Shown here one piece after another: positions 12,785-24,766 of a DNA stretch of 35,051 nucleotides. Origin of the DNA: Octopus bimaculoides. Taxonomy: Eukaryota. The notes under the pieces are model-generated. The model was not told the DNA's origin and did not search any database. It saw nothing but the letters and a program-made list of their open reading frames with translations. The position numbers and the translations under genes are program-made. The number at the start of each line of letters is the position of its first letter. Position 1 is the stretch's first letter. Location of the stretch: positions 12,457,031 through 12,492,081 of the forward strand of contig NC_068999.1 in assembly GCF_001194135.2 (NCBI RefSeq), given 5' to 3'.

Positions 12785-12970
12785 TTCTTTTCTACTCTTG
12801 GCACAAGGTCCGACATTTTAGGTGGTGGGGGCGTAGTCGATTACATCGACCCCAGTATGCAACTGGCAGTTAATTTAAACACCCTGAAAGGATAAAAGGC
12901 AAAGTCGACTTCTGCGGAATTTGAACTCAGACGAAATACCGATAAACATTTCGCCCGGTGTGCTAAAGTT
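12785..12970 (-). mobile_element. SINE family A, head-truncated right monomer (tail type ii)
   Basis: Same core and tail (GGACCTTGTGCCAAGAGTAGAAAAGAA) as 11807-12003. It begins at AACTTTAGC. Confidence 0.85.
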
Positions 12971-13212
12971 TACTATTTATTTACTGCCCACAAGGGGCTA
13001 CACACAGAGGGGACAAGCAAGGACAGACAAATGGATTATGTCGATTATATCGATCTACAGTGCGTAACTGGTACTTATACTTATTTAATCGACTCCGAAA
13101 ACATGAAAGGCAAAGTCGATATATGCGAAATTTGAACTCAGAACGTAACGGCAGACGAAATACCGCTAAGCATTTTACCCGACGTGCTAGCGATTCTGCC
13201 AGCTCGCCGCCT
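12971..13212 (-). mobile_element. SINE family A, full left monomer (tail type i)
   Basis: Head AGGCGGCGAGCTGGCAGAATCGCTAGC, B-box GAGTTCAAATT, tail GTCCCCTCTGTGTGTAGCCCCTTGTGGGCAGTAAA. Confidence 0.9.
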
Positions 13213-13350
13213 TGGAAGACGAACCGTATATTGGAGTTCAATTGATAAGTTATAGTAAAGGAATTTAAAAAAATATAAATGATAACAATACAGGTCACAA
13301 TAGTGCGATGTGAGCGAAAACTCGTGGTCAAAGAGATGAGAGACGGATCA

Positions 13351-13586
13351 AATGCCGAACCGCTAAATTACGGATACGTAAAATATACACACATCAGGTG
13401 TCAGTTGGTGGTGAGTACGAACAAACATATACAGACATAAACGACGTGTTTCTTTCAGTTATCGTTTACGATATCCACTTACAAGAATTTGGTTAGGCTG
13501 GAACTATAGTAGAAGACACCATCAAAAGTCGCTGTAATATGGACTGAACATCAAACTTACTGGTTGGAAGCAAACTTCTTACCACT
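13351..13586 (-). mobile_element. SINE family B, degenerate
   Basis: GCCGAACCGCTAA, TTTCTTTCAGTT, CTATAGTAGAAGACAC and CTTCTTACCAC match the copy at 19195-19581 in the same order. Confidence 0.7.
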
Positions 13587-14741
13587 CAAAGTGTCTGCAT
13601 TCTCCTTATGTGAAATATTATCAAATATATGACAAATAGAACGAAGCTGTTGTACCTGGGCCATTCTGTATAGGTGTATGTAGGTCTGTAGGAGTGTGTG
13701 TGTATGCTCATGCTTGCGCGCGCGCGTCTTCTTTCAGTATACTGAAAAAAAAAAACGTTTATATATATACACATGTATTTATTTCATTAGCATTGCTCAC
13801 AGATTAATATAATTCAGTCAGAAAATGGATTAAGATAGCGAACATTACTGTTTATCTATTCTGAGGTTAAATATCTATATCTGAACCAACGACAAATCAA
13901 AACGAGATACTTTTAAACAGTCATCGAGAACCACACAGAACTAGATTTTTTTGAGATATTGAATCAAAATCGGTATACTGCTGGAGACATTTGCCAGTTG
14001 GAGATGGTTCTTGTAATAGCAGTGTAATTCCAGAATAATTTTAAAAAACAATGTTTTCTGCCTCATCCCTATTTTACAAACAAATTTACATGGCTTATTT
14101 AATCCAATATTTCCAGACGTGTGTGTGTATATACACACACACACAACCATACATACATACATATATANNNNNNNNNNNNNNNNNNNNNNNNNNNNNNNNN
14201 NNNNNNNNNNNNNNNNNNNNNNNNNNNNNNNNNNNNNNNNNNNNNNNNNNNNNNNNNNNNNNNNNNNNNNNNNNNNNNNNNNNNNNNNNNNNNNNNNNNN
14301 NNNNNNNNNNNNNNNNNNNNNNNNNNNNNNNNNNNNNNNNNNNNNNNNNNNNNNNNNNNNNNNNNNNNNNNNNNNNNNNNNNNNNNNNNNNNNNNNNNNN
14401 NNNNNNNNNNNNNNNNNNNNNNNNNNNNNNNNNNNNNNNNNNNNNNNNNNNNNNNNNNNNNNNNNNNNNNNNNNNNNNNNNNNNNNNNNNNNNNNNNNNN
14501 NNNNNNNNNNNNNNNNNNNNNNNNNNNNNNNNNNNNNNNNNNNNNNNNNNNNNNNNNNNNNNNNNNNNNNNNNNNNNNNNNNNNNNNNNNNNNNNNNNNN
14601 NNNNNNNNNNNNNNNNNNNNNNNNNNNNNNNNNNNNNNNNNNNNNNNNNNNNNNNNNNNNNNNNNNNNNNNNNNNNNNNNNNNNNNNNNNNNNNNNNNNN
14701 NNNNNNNNNNNNNNNNNNNNNNNNNNNNNNNNNNNNNNNNN

Positions 14742-15300
14742 AAATATGAATGGAACAAAAACGCAAGAAAGGACATTAAAACATTCGTACAGATAAACGA
14801 TACAAAAGCGGACAACAGAAACAAAAATTAGGACATGCCAAAAAAAGACGGGTCATTCGTGGCTTTCTTTCCTCAGTCGAGTTCCAAAAGTCACGCCCAT
14901 TTCGGTCAGTTACCCTTGAGATGGTTCGAACTGGTTGCCCCCCCCCCATGCAGTCTAAGCTAAGAGCATTAGACCCCCTTGTAAGAAAGCTAGTGAATGT
15001 GTACGGCAACCAAGACAAAAAAAGAAAACGAGATTATGGTTCACAATTACGAATACAAAAAACAAGAAATAACAACAGGTGTCTTTCGACTGAAAACGAA
15101 TGAAATTAAGCTGGCATGTACGAAGTGAAAGCCTAAAGCCAGGAACCTAGGACATGGACATGAGTGGTGTTTGCGGTCGGCAGTCAGGCCAAGAAAGAAA
15201 GGTCATGACTTGCCGGACACCGGTAACGTGGACGAGGAGAGATGGGTAGGAGGCAGCGCGATTTAAAGATTAGGAAACATTTAGAGACAAAGACAAAGAA
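14742..15300. repeat. Unassigned interspersed repeat, possibly a Penelope-type terminal repeat
   Basis: GC-richer block (GACGGGTCATTCG...CCTCAGTCGAGTTCC...CTAAGCTAAGAGCATTAGA...AACAACAGGTGTCTTTCGACT) resembling an octopus repeat I recall. Single copy here, so unverified. Confidence 0.3.
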
Positions 15301-16507
15301 ACAAGGGAGATAAACAAGTGGGAAATAATGGGAGTTAAAGAAAGATGGGGCTAAGATATGTGAGAGAGGGGGAGAGAGAAAGAGGAAGAAAAATGAGAGG
15401 GAGAATAAAAGATAGAGTAAGAGTCATGCAACGCGTGCGCGCGCGTGTGTGTTTGTGTTCGTCTAAATTCATACACTGAAAACCGATTGCTACTCACTGC
15501 TATCTTTCTGAACAACTGACCATATCCTCTCGTGAATTTTTCAACTCAATACAGGACGAAGACCATTTAATTCACATAAATCTTGTAGATAATGACAGAG
15601 ATCAGGAAACGGAGAGGATCGAAGATAGCTGATAAATAATCGTGATTGGTAGCGTAACTTTGAGAAGTGCATCACTATTTTTGTCACTTGAAGAATAACA
15701 AATATTTGACGATAGTTATTTTACTTTCACAGATATTTCAAAACATCACGTTGAATGAAGATTATAAAACAGAAACTCATTCCACCGATATCGAACCAGC
15801 TATATATCGCATTTTGAATAACGATAATAGTCATTAACTCTCATACATATTCATGTCTCTTTATATGCGAGATTAAATACAGTTCCATATGCTTATTCGT
15901 ATAAAACATACACATATATACATACATACATGCATGCATGCATACATAATACATAATAAATACATACATACATATATATATGTGTGTGGTATGTGCATAT
16001 TTGCTTACATTTGCATCGGCTTATGTATACAGATTTAAATACACACGGACCAGGTCGTCCATAAAATTGTATTGGAGTTAATTTCCATCAACATGCCCTC
16101 ATTGAATTATTAACTTTCCATTTGTCTAAATCCCACGTATTTCTGAATTCTTCTTAATCTCTTAAGTACCTCAATCAGCAAGAATATTTCATTAAATTTA
16201 TTGCTAGAAAATTAATCTATGAGCAGATGTTTCTGTTTCTTAATGATTAGCTGAATTTAGTATATTATTTGATAATTAATTTATTTATAAATTACCATTT
16301 AATTTCAAATTTAATTTCAGTTTAATAACGAAATAAGATTTCAGAGTAGAATTTCCACACGGGATCATTAAAATTATCGACATTTTACTGAATATTATTA
16401 AGATGCAGTTACTAGCAACGTGCTTATTCTAATTCTTATCTCAATGTTTCATTCACCCTTCACATTTAGAATGAATTAGCTCGTATTAAAATGTTAATTG
16501 TACAAGA

Positions 16508-16672
16508 AGGAATTGGTAAAATATTTTATCGCCGGACGAAACATATTGGGAATAATTCCTCTTCTTCGGATCCTAAATTAAAATCCCGATGATGTCTTTC
16601 TTGGCATTTATCCTTGAGGGATCGACAAAATAAAGTCCTACTTGAGTAATAATGATTGACTTAAACGTCTGC
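16508..16672 (+). mobile_element. SINE family A, highly degenerate
   Basis: CGCCGGACGAAAC, AAATCCCGATGATG, ATCCTTGAGGGATCGACAAAATAAAGT and GATTGACTTAA are colinear with the 16855 copy. Confidence 0.5.
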
Positions 16673-16854
16673 CAGGCTGTGTTAAAATGTAATGAGAAAG
16701 TTAGCTGTAGTAGAGTGCAGACTAAATCACAACCCGTTACGCGTACAGATATTCAACCTTTCACTCCCATAGCAGATGGTAATGGAAAATGGGGAGAAAA
16801 ATGTGAAATTTAAACAAGGAAAAGAATACTAATAGCCTAAATAACCAAAGCCGT

Positions 16855-17079
16855 GAGCTGGCAGAAACGTTAGCGTTCCCGGCGAAATGCTTCGCGATAT
16901 TTCGTCAATCTTTACGTTCTGAGTTCAAATTACGTCGAAGTCGACTTTACCTTTCATCCTTCCGGGGTCGATTAAATAAGTACCAGTTACACACTTGGGT
17001 CGATGTAATCGACTTATTCTCTCTTACTGTCCTTGTTTGTCCCCTCTATGTTTAGCCCCTTGTGGGCAATAAAGAAATA
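16855..17079 (+). mobile_element. SINE family A, full monomer (tail type i)
   Basis: GAGCTGGCAGAAACGTTAGC head, GAGTTCAAATT B-box, core, and tail ending GGGCAATAAAGAAATA. Confidence 0.9.
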
Positions 17080-17169
17080 TGATTGATCATGACAATCTCG
17101 CAAAGAAAATGAAAATAAATATGGGGCAACATTTAGTGTCGTCGTTTTTGCAGAAGCTTATCATTGCTC

Positions 17170-17231
17170 AAGGCGATGCTCCAGCATGACAGCAATCTAA
17201 TGGCTGAAATAGTTACCATAATAAAAAAGAA
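17170..17231 (+). mobile_element. SINE family B, extreme 3' fragment
   Basis: AAGGCGATGCTCCAGCATGACAGCAATCTAATGGCTGAAA matches 7445-7485. Confidence 0.6.
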
Positions 17232-17558
17232 TTGCTAGAAATTTTTGAATTATCTATCTATATATAAATAAATACATACATAAATATGCACTATAAACGG
17301 GTAGGAACGCTCATAAAATCAAATTTACATTTAGGTTCGTTAGTACTTTTATATCATAATAAAAGTATTGTGAAGTACATGAAATAATATATATCAAGTT
17401 GGGCAATGATTATCTGCTGTGTAATTTAATATGCTTTTGAGAGTGGATACATATAATTATACGAATTTTCTTCCAGCAATCTGAGTGTCGCCATTAGCTA
17501 TTTAATGCTGTGAACAAAATATGTGCAAGTCCGAGACAGTTGATATTCGGTAAACAAG

Positions 17559-17629
17559 CACAGACACAGACACAGACACACACACACACACACACGCACA
17601 CACACACACACATACACACACACAGACAT

Positions 17630-17660
<31 letters not shown>

Positions 17661-17676
17661 CATACACGCACACACA
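17559..17676. repeat. (CA)n/(CAGACA)n microsatellite
   Basis: Seen directly. Confidence 0.95.
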
Positions 17677-18884
17677 TGCATGCATATCTGTGTAAATAGA
17701 GAAATAGAGAAACAGAGAAATAGAGAGATGGGAAAGTGGGAGAAAGAGAGACACAAAGATAGAGAAAGAGACAGAGTCATAGATGCATGCATACATACAG
17801 CCGTTTATACGTATTTACATTCGTATGAATGTGTAATGTTTTGTTTCGAATACAACTGCAATTCGTTATTAAACTTTTCCAAATATATACAGCAGTGGAT
17901 TTTCCGGGTGATATGAAGAGGAGTGGTATGTTATTCAGTGATTTTAAATAATTCGGATTCATATTGTTTTCTGAAAGTTGTATATTCCTATTGGATATTT
18001 TCTACGGCATTTCGAGTCGGATATTCAACGCATTGACATATAGAGCATACTTATTTTTTGTTGATTTCGTTTACAATTTACGTTGAATTAAAATTTTATT
18101 GATCATTTACCAGACAGCTGCTTCATATTAAAATATAGATGGATTTAAAGAGAAGTTAACATTCATGAATATATGTTCAGCATATTTCCGATGTCAGCTA
18201 GGAAGGGGAGAAATTTGGTTCATGTTAGCATTTTAGTCTCCATAATGTTAAGACAGTTTATCTCCATTATATCACAAGCTGCCGTGGAACATTTAAAGGC
18301 ACGTAGACATCACGTAAAAAATACAACAGCAGCTATCGTAATGCAACTAAATATCATTTCAAGCGATTTCTTACTTTTCGATGAAAGGGTTTCATACAAG
18401 GACTACACATCGCCGTGCCAAGCGGAACTCAGAAATAGTGATCTCACGAAATCCTTTTCTCAGAATAAGGAATCATTGTTACTGCAGGTCGAGACTGAGA
18501 AAAATCACCCCTCGTTGTTCCATATATTCTAGAATCATCATAGTTAAACATTGACGAACGAAATATAAACGAAAATATTCCCGACACGGTACCATCCTAG
18601 CTTTTGCAAATATCATCTTAGATTTTGCCAATGTCCCTATAAGAAGAATCCAAATTTTACTGCAAAATGTATCGTAGTGACGCTAAGTAAATAGTGTGCT
18701 CTGAATTTTAACAATACCGGTCACAAAAGTTTCAGCTGATGATTAATTGCATCAGAATTTCTAAGGAAAAAAATGTCAGATTATCATTACATATTGACTA
18801 TCCTTCATCATCAGTTGTAGAGTTATCACTAAAAACTAGTGACAGAAAACGCAAAAAAAATTCTCAAAACTACGCATAGTATAT

Positions 18885-18916
<32 letters not shown>

Positions 18917-19194
18917 NNNNNNNNNNNNNNNNNNNNNNNNNNNNNNNNNNNNNNNNNNNNNNNNNNNNNNNNNNNNNNNNNNNNNNNNNNNNNNNNNNNN
19001 NNNNNNNNNNNNNNNNNNNNNNNNNNNNNNNNNNNNNNNNNNNNNNNNNNNNNNNNNNNNNNNNNNNNNNNNNNNNNNNNNNNNNNNNNNNNNNNNNNNN
19101 NNNNNNNNNNNNNNNNNNNNNNNNNNNNNNNNNNNNNNNNNNNNNNNNNNNNNNNNNNNNNNNNNNNNNNNNNNNNNNNNNNNNNNNNNNNNNN

Positions 19195-19581
19195 TTTATT
19201 CGTTTCACTCATTTGACAGCAGCCATGCAGAATCACCGCCTTTAGACGAACAAATCGACTCCAGGTCTTATTTTTTGTAAGCCTAGTACTTTTTCTATCG
19301 GTCTCTTTTTGCCGAACCGCTAAGTTACGGTGACATGAAGACACCAGCATCGGATGTCAAGCGATCTTGGGGGGACAAACACAAACACGCAAACATAAAC
19401 ATACATCCATATACATATATATATATATATATACTACTGGTTTCTTTCAGTTTCCGTCTACCAAATCCACTCACAAGGCTTTCGTCGGTCCGAGGCTATC
19501 GTAGAAGACACTTGCCCACGGTGCCACACACTGGCACTGAGCCCGGAACCATGTGGCTGGTAAGCTCGCTACTTACCACAC
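19195..19581 (-). mobile_element. SINE family B, near full length (tRNA head, CORE-like segment, internal microsatellite, 3' tail)
   Basis: The minus strand reads GTGTGGTAAGTAGC...GGTTCCGGGCTCAGTGCC (tRNA-like head), then GGCACCGTGGGCAAGTGTCTT (like the CORE-SINE GTGACCTTGGGCAAGT segment), an internal (TA)/(TG) run, and a 3' half shared with 7323-7511. Resembles the Octopus OR-type CORE-SINEs. Confidence 0.85.
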
Positions 19582-20489
19582 TTAATGGGATGCTTTCACA
19601 TTAATATCTATATAGAAAAACGGTTTTTATTCTTGATGTCTATTGAAAACCAGAAAGAAATTTGCTCTAATCCGATCCCGTTAATATAATTATGTTTCAT
19701 ACTTTTGTAAAACTGCCATATAGCTGTCATCAAGAAACGCATCAACTCCATTTGTATGCTTTCATAGCTCTATTTTCAAATGTTGAGTTCTGGTGGCTTC
19801 TGTATCTGTCTCTCTTCTGTAGATGACAAATATTTTGCCATGACTTGAAATTTCGTTGATAGAATCGTCGAAAATGCCTTTAATACTATTAGAATAATAT
19901 ATCATAATATTAATTTATTGCCTTCCATACACCTTTCCTAATAACTACGTCTCCTATTTATTTCTTTTTCCCCCGTCTTTTGTTTCTGTTTTTGATTTAT
20001 CCTTAACTCTATTCATTGCGCATATCTCAGAAGCTACTCACATTTCTCTGCCAAGGATACTTCGTGCTTTTTCTTTTCTGTCTCATATACATATACTCTC
20101 CTGCAGCATTACTCATTACAGACATTTGTTCTATTTAGTGAGACTGAGTAAACATTACTAATTAGTTAAACCAAATGTTTATTTGCCTCACAGAATTTTT
20201 TTCTTTTCATAATTTACAATATGAAAGCAAAATTCTCAAGCATTGTAGGTAGTACCCACACATTACAAAGTTTCACGAATAGGACATAGAAAGTTACATA
20301 CCTAAAAGGAGAGAGAGAAAGAGTGAAAGAGAGAGAGATTGAGGGGGAGGGAGAGTTGATGGACTCTCTCATCAAAGATGGCGTATGAGCGTGCAGCTTT
20401 TGCCGAACGACCTACACAAATGATCAAATGTTCGTGCCGCACATTAGCTTTCAGTGTACTTTCAATTGACCTTCTGTGTACCACGTTTC

Positions 20490-20625
20490 AGATGGCGACG
20501 AGATAGCAGAGCACACTGAAATGATGTGCTTTGACCGAGAAAACAACGCAACACTCGATCAAGGAATTGAAACTACGACCTCGTGTTCGTGAATGCAATT
20601 TCCTAACCAGTAAGCCATGCGCACT
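20490..20625 (-). mobile_element. Third tRNA-derived SINE (family C), 5' part
   Basis: The minus strand has an A-box-like TGGCTTACTGGTTAGG and a B-box-like GTTTCAATTCC, followed by GTTGCGTTGTTTTCTCGGTCAAAGCACATCATTTCA. Confidence 0.6.
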
Positions 20626-20640
20626 CACATATACACACAC

Positions 20641-20868
20641 GGTGAGCTGGCAGAAACGTTAGCACGCCGGGCGAAATGCCTAGCCGTATCTCGTCTGCCG
20701 CTACGTTCTGAGTTCGAATTCCTCCGAGGTCGACTTTGCCTTTCATCCTTTCGGGGTCAATTAAATAAGTACCAGTTACGCACAGGGTTCGATATAATCG
20801 ACTTAATCCGTTTGTCTGTCCTTGTTTGTCCCCTCCGTGTGTAGCCCCTTCTGGGTAGTAAAGAAATA
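20641..20868 (+). mobile_element. SINE family A, full monomer (tail type i), best-preserved copy
   Basis: GAGCTGGCAGAAACGTTAGCACGCCGGGCGAAATGC...GAGTTCGAATTCC...GTCGACTTTGCCTTTCATCCTTTCGGGGTC...GTAAAGAAATA, flanked by (CA)n on both sides. Confidence 0.92.
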
Positions 20869-21157
20869 ACACACACACACACACACACGCAAATGTAATT
20901 TGTATTTTGAAGATTCATGAGAATCAAGGTATATACCAATTCGTAGTACGTCAGAAGTAGCTTGGTGCGATAACTTCGATCTCATAGCGAAATGATTAAC
21001 ATGCAAAGCGACAAGTGATGGTAAATTACCTTAGATATAGAAGCACTAAATCGAATTTAAAATAAAGATCCATCTCAGAAGTTAGGCGTAGGTAAAAGAC
21101 TAAACGCAAATGGTGTTTAAAATACACGAAAGCTCCTTCGGTACAACTTTATTCCAG

Positions 21158-21309
21158 GAGTGCTGTCATTTAACGTTACAAAATCTGAAGGACCGCTGTA
21201 ATAAGTGTTTAAATCTGAGGAGGGAATATTCTGAATAAAATAAAAATCAAGTGATTCTCGTGTTTATGCTTTTCCCCAAAGCCAGGAACTTTTCAGCATA
21301 CACTCGTTA
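21158..21309 (+). mobile_element. Mariner-like transposon 3' fragment
   Basis: 21158-21238 translates as ...LQNLKDRCNKCLNLRREYSE*, like the mariner C-terminal motif W.KC....G.Y.E. It is followed by a TIR-like end, GCCAGGAACTTTTCAGCATACACTCGT-TA. Confidence 0.6.
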
Positions 21310-22237
21310 TGCAACCATAGTATCGAAAGTAGAGAATCGGTGCTCACATATTTGAACCTAAGTCTCCTAAGAATTCAGATATACTGATAATGTGGTTTTA
21401 GAAATCTCACTAAAAGCATGATCAACATTAAGCGGGTATAGATGTAGAAAGAGATTAACGATGGATTCATGTGAAAAATTCCACACACGAGATTACTTGG
21501 TGTATTTACATCATGCAACATGTATATGAAAATTTTCATATAAATAGATTAATTACCACATAATGTTTTCATCTATCTTTAGGTTTCCCACTTCAATTTG
21601 CCTACGTCACTATAGCTATGAGTGTGTATATCTGCGTGCGTGCGTGTGCATGTGTGGAAGGAGATTTTATGTTTAGACTTATCAAATAAAGTAAATTTAA
21701 TTTTAAGACGTTCTCGAGATTTTCAGTAGCGAGAGAAATTCATATCTTCATTAAATTTAAGACACTTGACTTCGGTAGTAAGATTGGTAGTAAAGCTGCT
21801 AAACTAAACATAATAAACCGTCGAAGTATGAGCAAGTGATGGTAAATGAAAGTGAATGTAAGATACCAGGAAGATGTCAAAGGTCAAAGATTAAGAAGGG
21901 TCAAAGCTTGAATGCATAAAAAGAAAATACAAATAGAACCGCAGATAGATTTATAGTGGAGTCGTAAATAAATATCTAGAATTATGACAGGCTTATAAAT
22001 TGGAGTAACTATAGAACTCCTAAGAAATAAAACTGACAGCTGTGAAAGGAAAGGCAGGGGAATATTACGATAACACAAACTAGAAACGGGGACGTAAATT
22101 ATGGAAAGGGACGAAGTGTATGTGTGTGAGTGGCCATGTTTGTGTCTATAGGTATGCATGTATAGCTAACATGGTATATAAGGGGAGAGGTGTTCAAGAA
22201 CAATTATATAGACATGGCGATTAGAAAATAGCATGTA

Positions 22238-22270
<33 letters not shown>

Positions 22271-23220
22271 NNNNNNNNNNNNNNNNNNNNNNNNNNNNNN
22301 NNNNNNNNNNNNNNNNNNNNNNNNNNNNNNNNNNNNNNNNNNNNNNNNNNNNNNNNNNNNNNNNNNNNNNNNNNNNNNNNNNNNNNNNNNNNNNNNNNNN
22401 NNNNNNNNNNNNNNNNNNNNNNNNNNNNNNNNNNNNNNNNNNNNNNNNNNNNNNNNNNNNNNNNNNNNNNNNNNNNNNNNNNNNNNNNNNNGTATATATA
22501 TATGTATGTATGTAGGTATATGCGTACGTGAGTGTGTATATATATATGTGTGTGTGTGTGTGTATGTACATATATATGTGTGTGCGTGTGTTTACGTGTG
22601 TAATACATACATGTATTCATCAACATATACATACATGCACATACCATACGTATATATATTTGAGCAAACATAAACGCATGCATATGAGAATATATGAATA
22701 CTTACATATACCTGTATATTTAACTAAGTTCACGCATGTATATAAGTATATACAAATATCAATTTACAAACGCATACACACACGCTAGCACACTCACAGA
22801 TATGCACACATTTACACATATACATATATCAAACATGAGGTAGGCATATACAAACATACAACAACAACTGCATAAATGCAAGAAGCACACATATACACAC
22901 GTATAAACGTAAGGACTAAAATAATTGAAAAAAGGAAAATATGTGGCATACTGCCCAACATAGAGAAAATATAAAACATTGAAAACATATATAAAAGAAA
23001 GATTATGAATCAGCAATATCGAAGACAGAAAACCGGCCAGAGGTTGTTAAACAGATAGCAGTGGTCTAGAATGGGTTATTGAAAAATATATCTGTTAGTA
23101 TGTACAAGTCCTGTTCTGACAAGTAATGTCACCTTTATGAAATATTAACCTATACTAAGAAAGTATATTGAGAAAGAGAAGTATACAGATCGTAGTCAAT
23201 AATGAAGAAGGTACCAATGG

Positions 23221-23254
<34 letters not shown>

Positions 23255-23423
23255 GGAGAATTCCGCTAACGACTACATACATATTTTTCTCTGTTTATTT
23301 CTCTCATTGTTTCTTTCTGTGGAAGAGTGTAGGATCAAAAGGTTAAATACTTTTTCAATTCCTGAGCGTTATACTAATACATCTGTTGGTTTTCTACACC
23401 ACCTGCCTTCGTTTTGTTTTTTG

Positions 23424-23469
<46 letters not shown>

Positions 23470-24298
23470 TATGTCTTGTGTCGATAAGCCAGCTGGAGGA
23501 GATGTCCTCCTGGGGCTAAAAGCAACAGTAACATCCACCCCTAGGGGTCAGCCACACTTAAGTGGCAATATACTACACTTTATCGTGCAGTTACTATTAA
23601 TACTTCATTTAGAGAATTAACATTGCTTGTATATATATATATGTATATATATATGTATATATATATNNNNNNNNNNNNNNNNNNNNNNNNNNNNNNNNNN
23701 NNNNNNNNNNNNNNNNNNNNNNNNNNNNNNNNNNNNNNNNNNNNNNNNNNNNNNNNNNNNNNNNNNNNNNNNNNNNNNNNNNNNNNNNNNNNNNNNNNNN
23801 NNNNNNNNNNNNNNNNNNNNNNNNNNNNNNNNNNNNNNNNNNNNNNNNNNNNNNNNNNNNNNNNNNNNNNNNNNNNNNNNNNNNNNNNNNNNNNNNNNNN
23901 NNNNNNNNNNNNNNNNNNNNNNNNNNNNNNNNNNNNNNNNNNNNNNNNNNNNNNNNNNNNNNNNNNNNNNNNNNNNNNNNNNNNNNNNNNNNNNNNNNNN
24001 NNNNNNNNNNNNNNNNNNNNNNNNNNNNNNNNNNNNNNNNNNNNNNNNNNNNNNNNNNNNNNNNNNNNNNNNNNNNNNNNNNNNNNNNNNNNNNNNNNNN
24101 NNNNNNNNNNNNNNNNNNNNNNNNNNNNNNNNNNNNNNNNNNNNNNNNNNNNNNNNNNNNNNNNNNNNNNNNNNNNNNNNNNNNNNNNNNNNNNNNNNNN
24201 NNNNNNNNNNNNNNNNNNNNNNNNNNNNNNNNNNNNNNNNNNNNNNNNNNNNNNNNNNNNNNNNNNNNNNNNNNATATATATATATATATATATATAC

Positions 24299-24365
24299 CA
24301 CGGGCTTCTTTCAGTTTCTGTCTACCAAATCCATTCACAAGTGTTTGGTCAGACTGAGGTTGTAG
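24299..24365 (-). mobile_element. SINE family B fragment (CORE-adjacent segment)
   Basis: CGGGCTTCTTTCAGTTTCTGTCTACCAAATCCATTCACAAG matches 19441-19480. It adjoins a (TA)n run and a gap. Confidence 0.75.
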
Positions 24366-24373
24366 CTTTTACT

Positions 24374-24518
24374 TTCTGTGTTAAAAATTCCGCAGGGGTC
24401 GACTTTGCCTTTCAATCTTTCTGTTTCGATAAATTAAGTGCCAGTTGCCTACTGGGGTCGATCTAATCGACTGGCCCATTTCCCAAAATTTCGGGCTCTT
24501 GGGCCTAGAGCAGAAAAG
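24374..24518 (+). mobile_element. SINE family A, 5'-truncated (tail type ii)
   Basis: AAATTCCGCAGGGGTCGACTTTGCCTTTCA...CTGGGGTCGATCTAATCGACTGGCCC...GGCCTAGAGCAGAAAAG. Confidence 0.85.
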
Positions 24519-24622
24519 CGCATATATATACATGCATTTATAGAAGTAAACTATATTCACAAATCATATACAGAGCACATAAATCTCGATGAATAATTAA
24601 TAAATTTAAACTAATTATTCAT

Positions 24623-24766
24623 TTCTAATATTAATACAAGGCCAGCAATTTCAGGAGATGGTGGTAGTCGATTATATCGAACCCAATTAGTAAGTGATAT
24701 TCATTTTATCTCCCTCGAAATGATGGAAGATAAAGTTAATTTCAGCAGTGTTTGAACTCAGTACGT
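24623..24766 (-). mobile_element. SINE family A, degenerate
   Basis: ACAAGGCCAGCAATTT...GTAGTCGATTATATCGAACCC...TTTGAACTCAG. Confidence 0.65.

Noticed and set aside
14845-14890. Minus-strand CTGAGGA...GAAT...GTC hammerhead-like order
   Set aside because: GAAA is broken, and there is no stem I or convincing stem II.
15733-15837. Strong acceptor TTTTACTTTCACAG followed by IFQNITLNEDYK...*
   Set aside because: A single splice signal in AT-rich DNA, with no homology and no partner exon.
18173-18532. 119-aa ORF
   Set aside because: No recognisable motifs or splice structure. Its length is plausible by chance.
11807-20868. A-box and B-box motifs suggesting tRNA genes, and regularly recurring repeats suggesting CRISPR
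   Set aside because: They are SINE heads without cloverleaf structure. There is no repeat-spacer array and the context is eukaryotic.
12030-20884. ORFs with the recurring peptide GELAETLARRAKCL...
   Set aside because: These are translations of non-coding SINE family A copies.
21012-21847. 15-bp direct repeat CAAGTGATGGTAAAT at 21012 and 21833
   Set aside because: It does not bracket a definable element and could arise by chance at this base composition.
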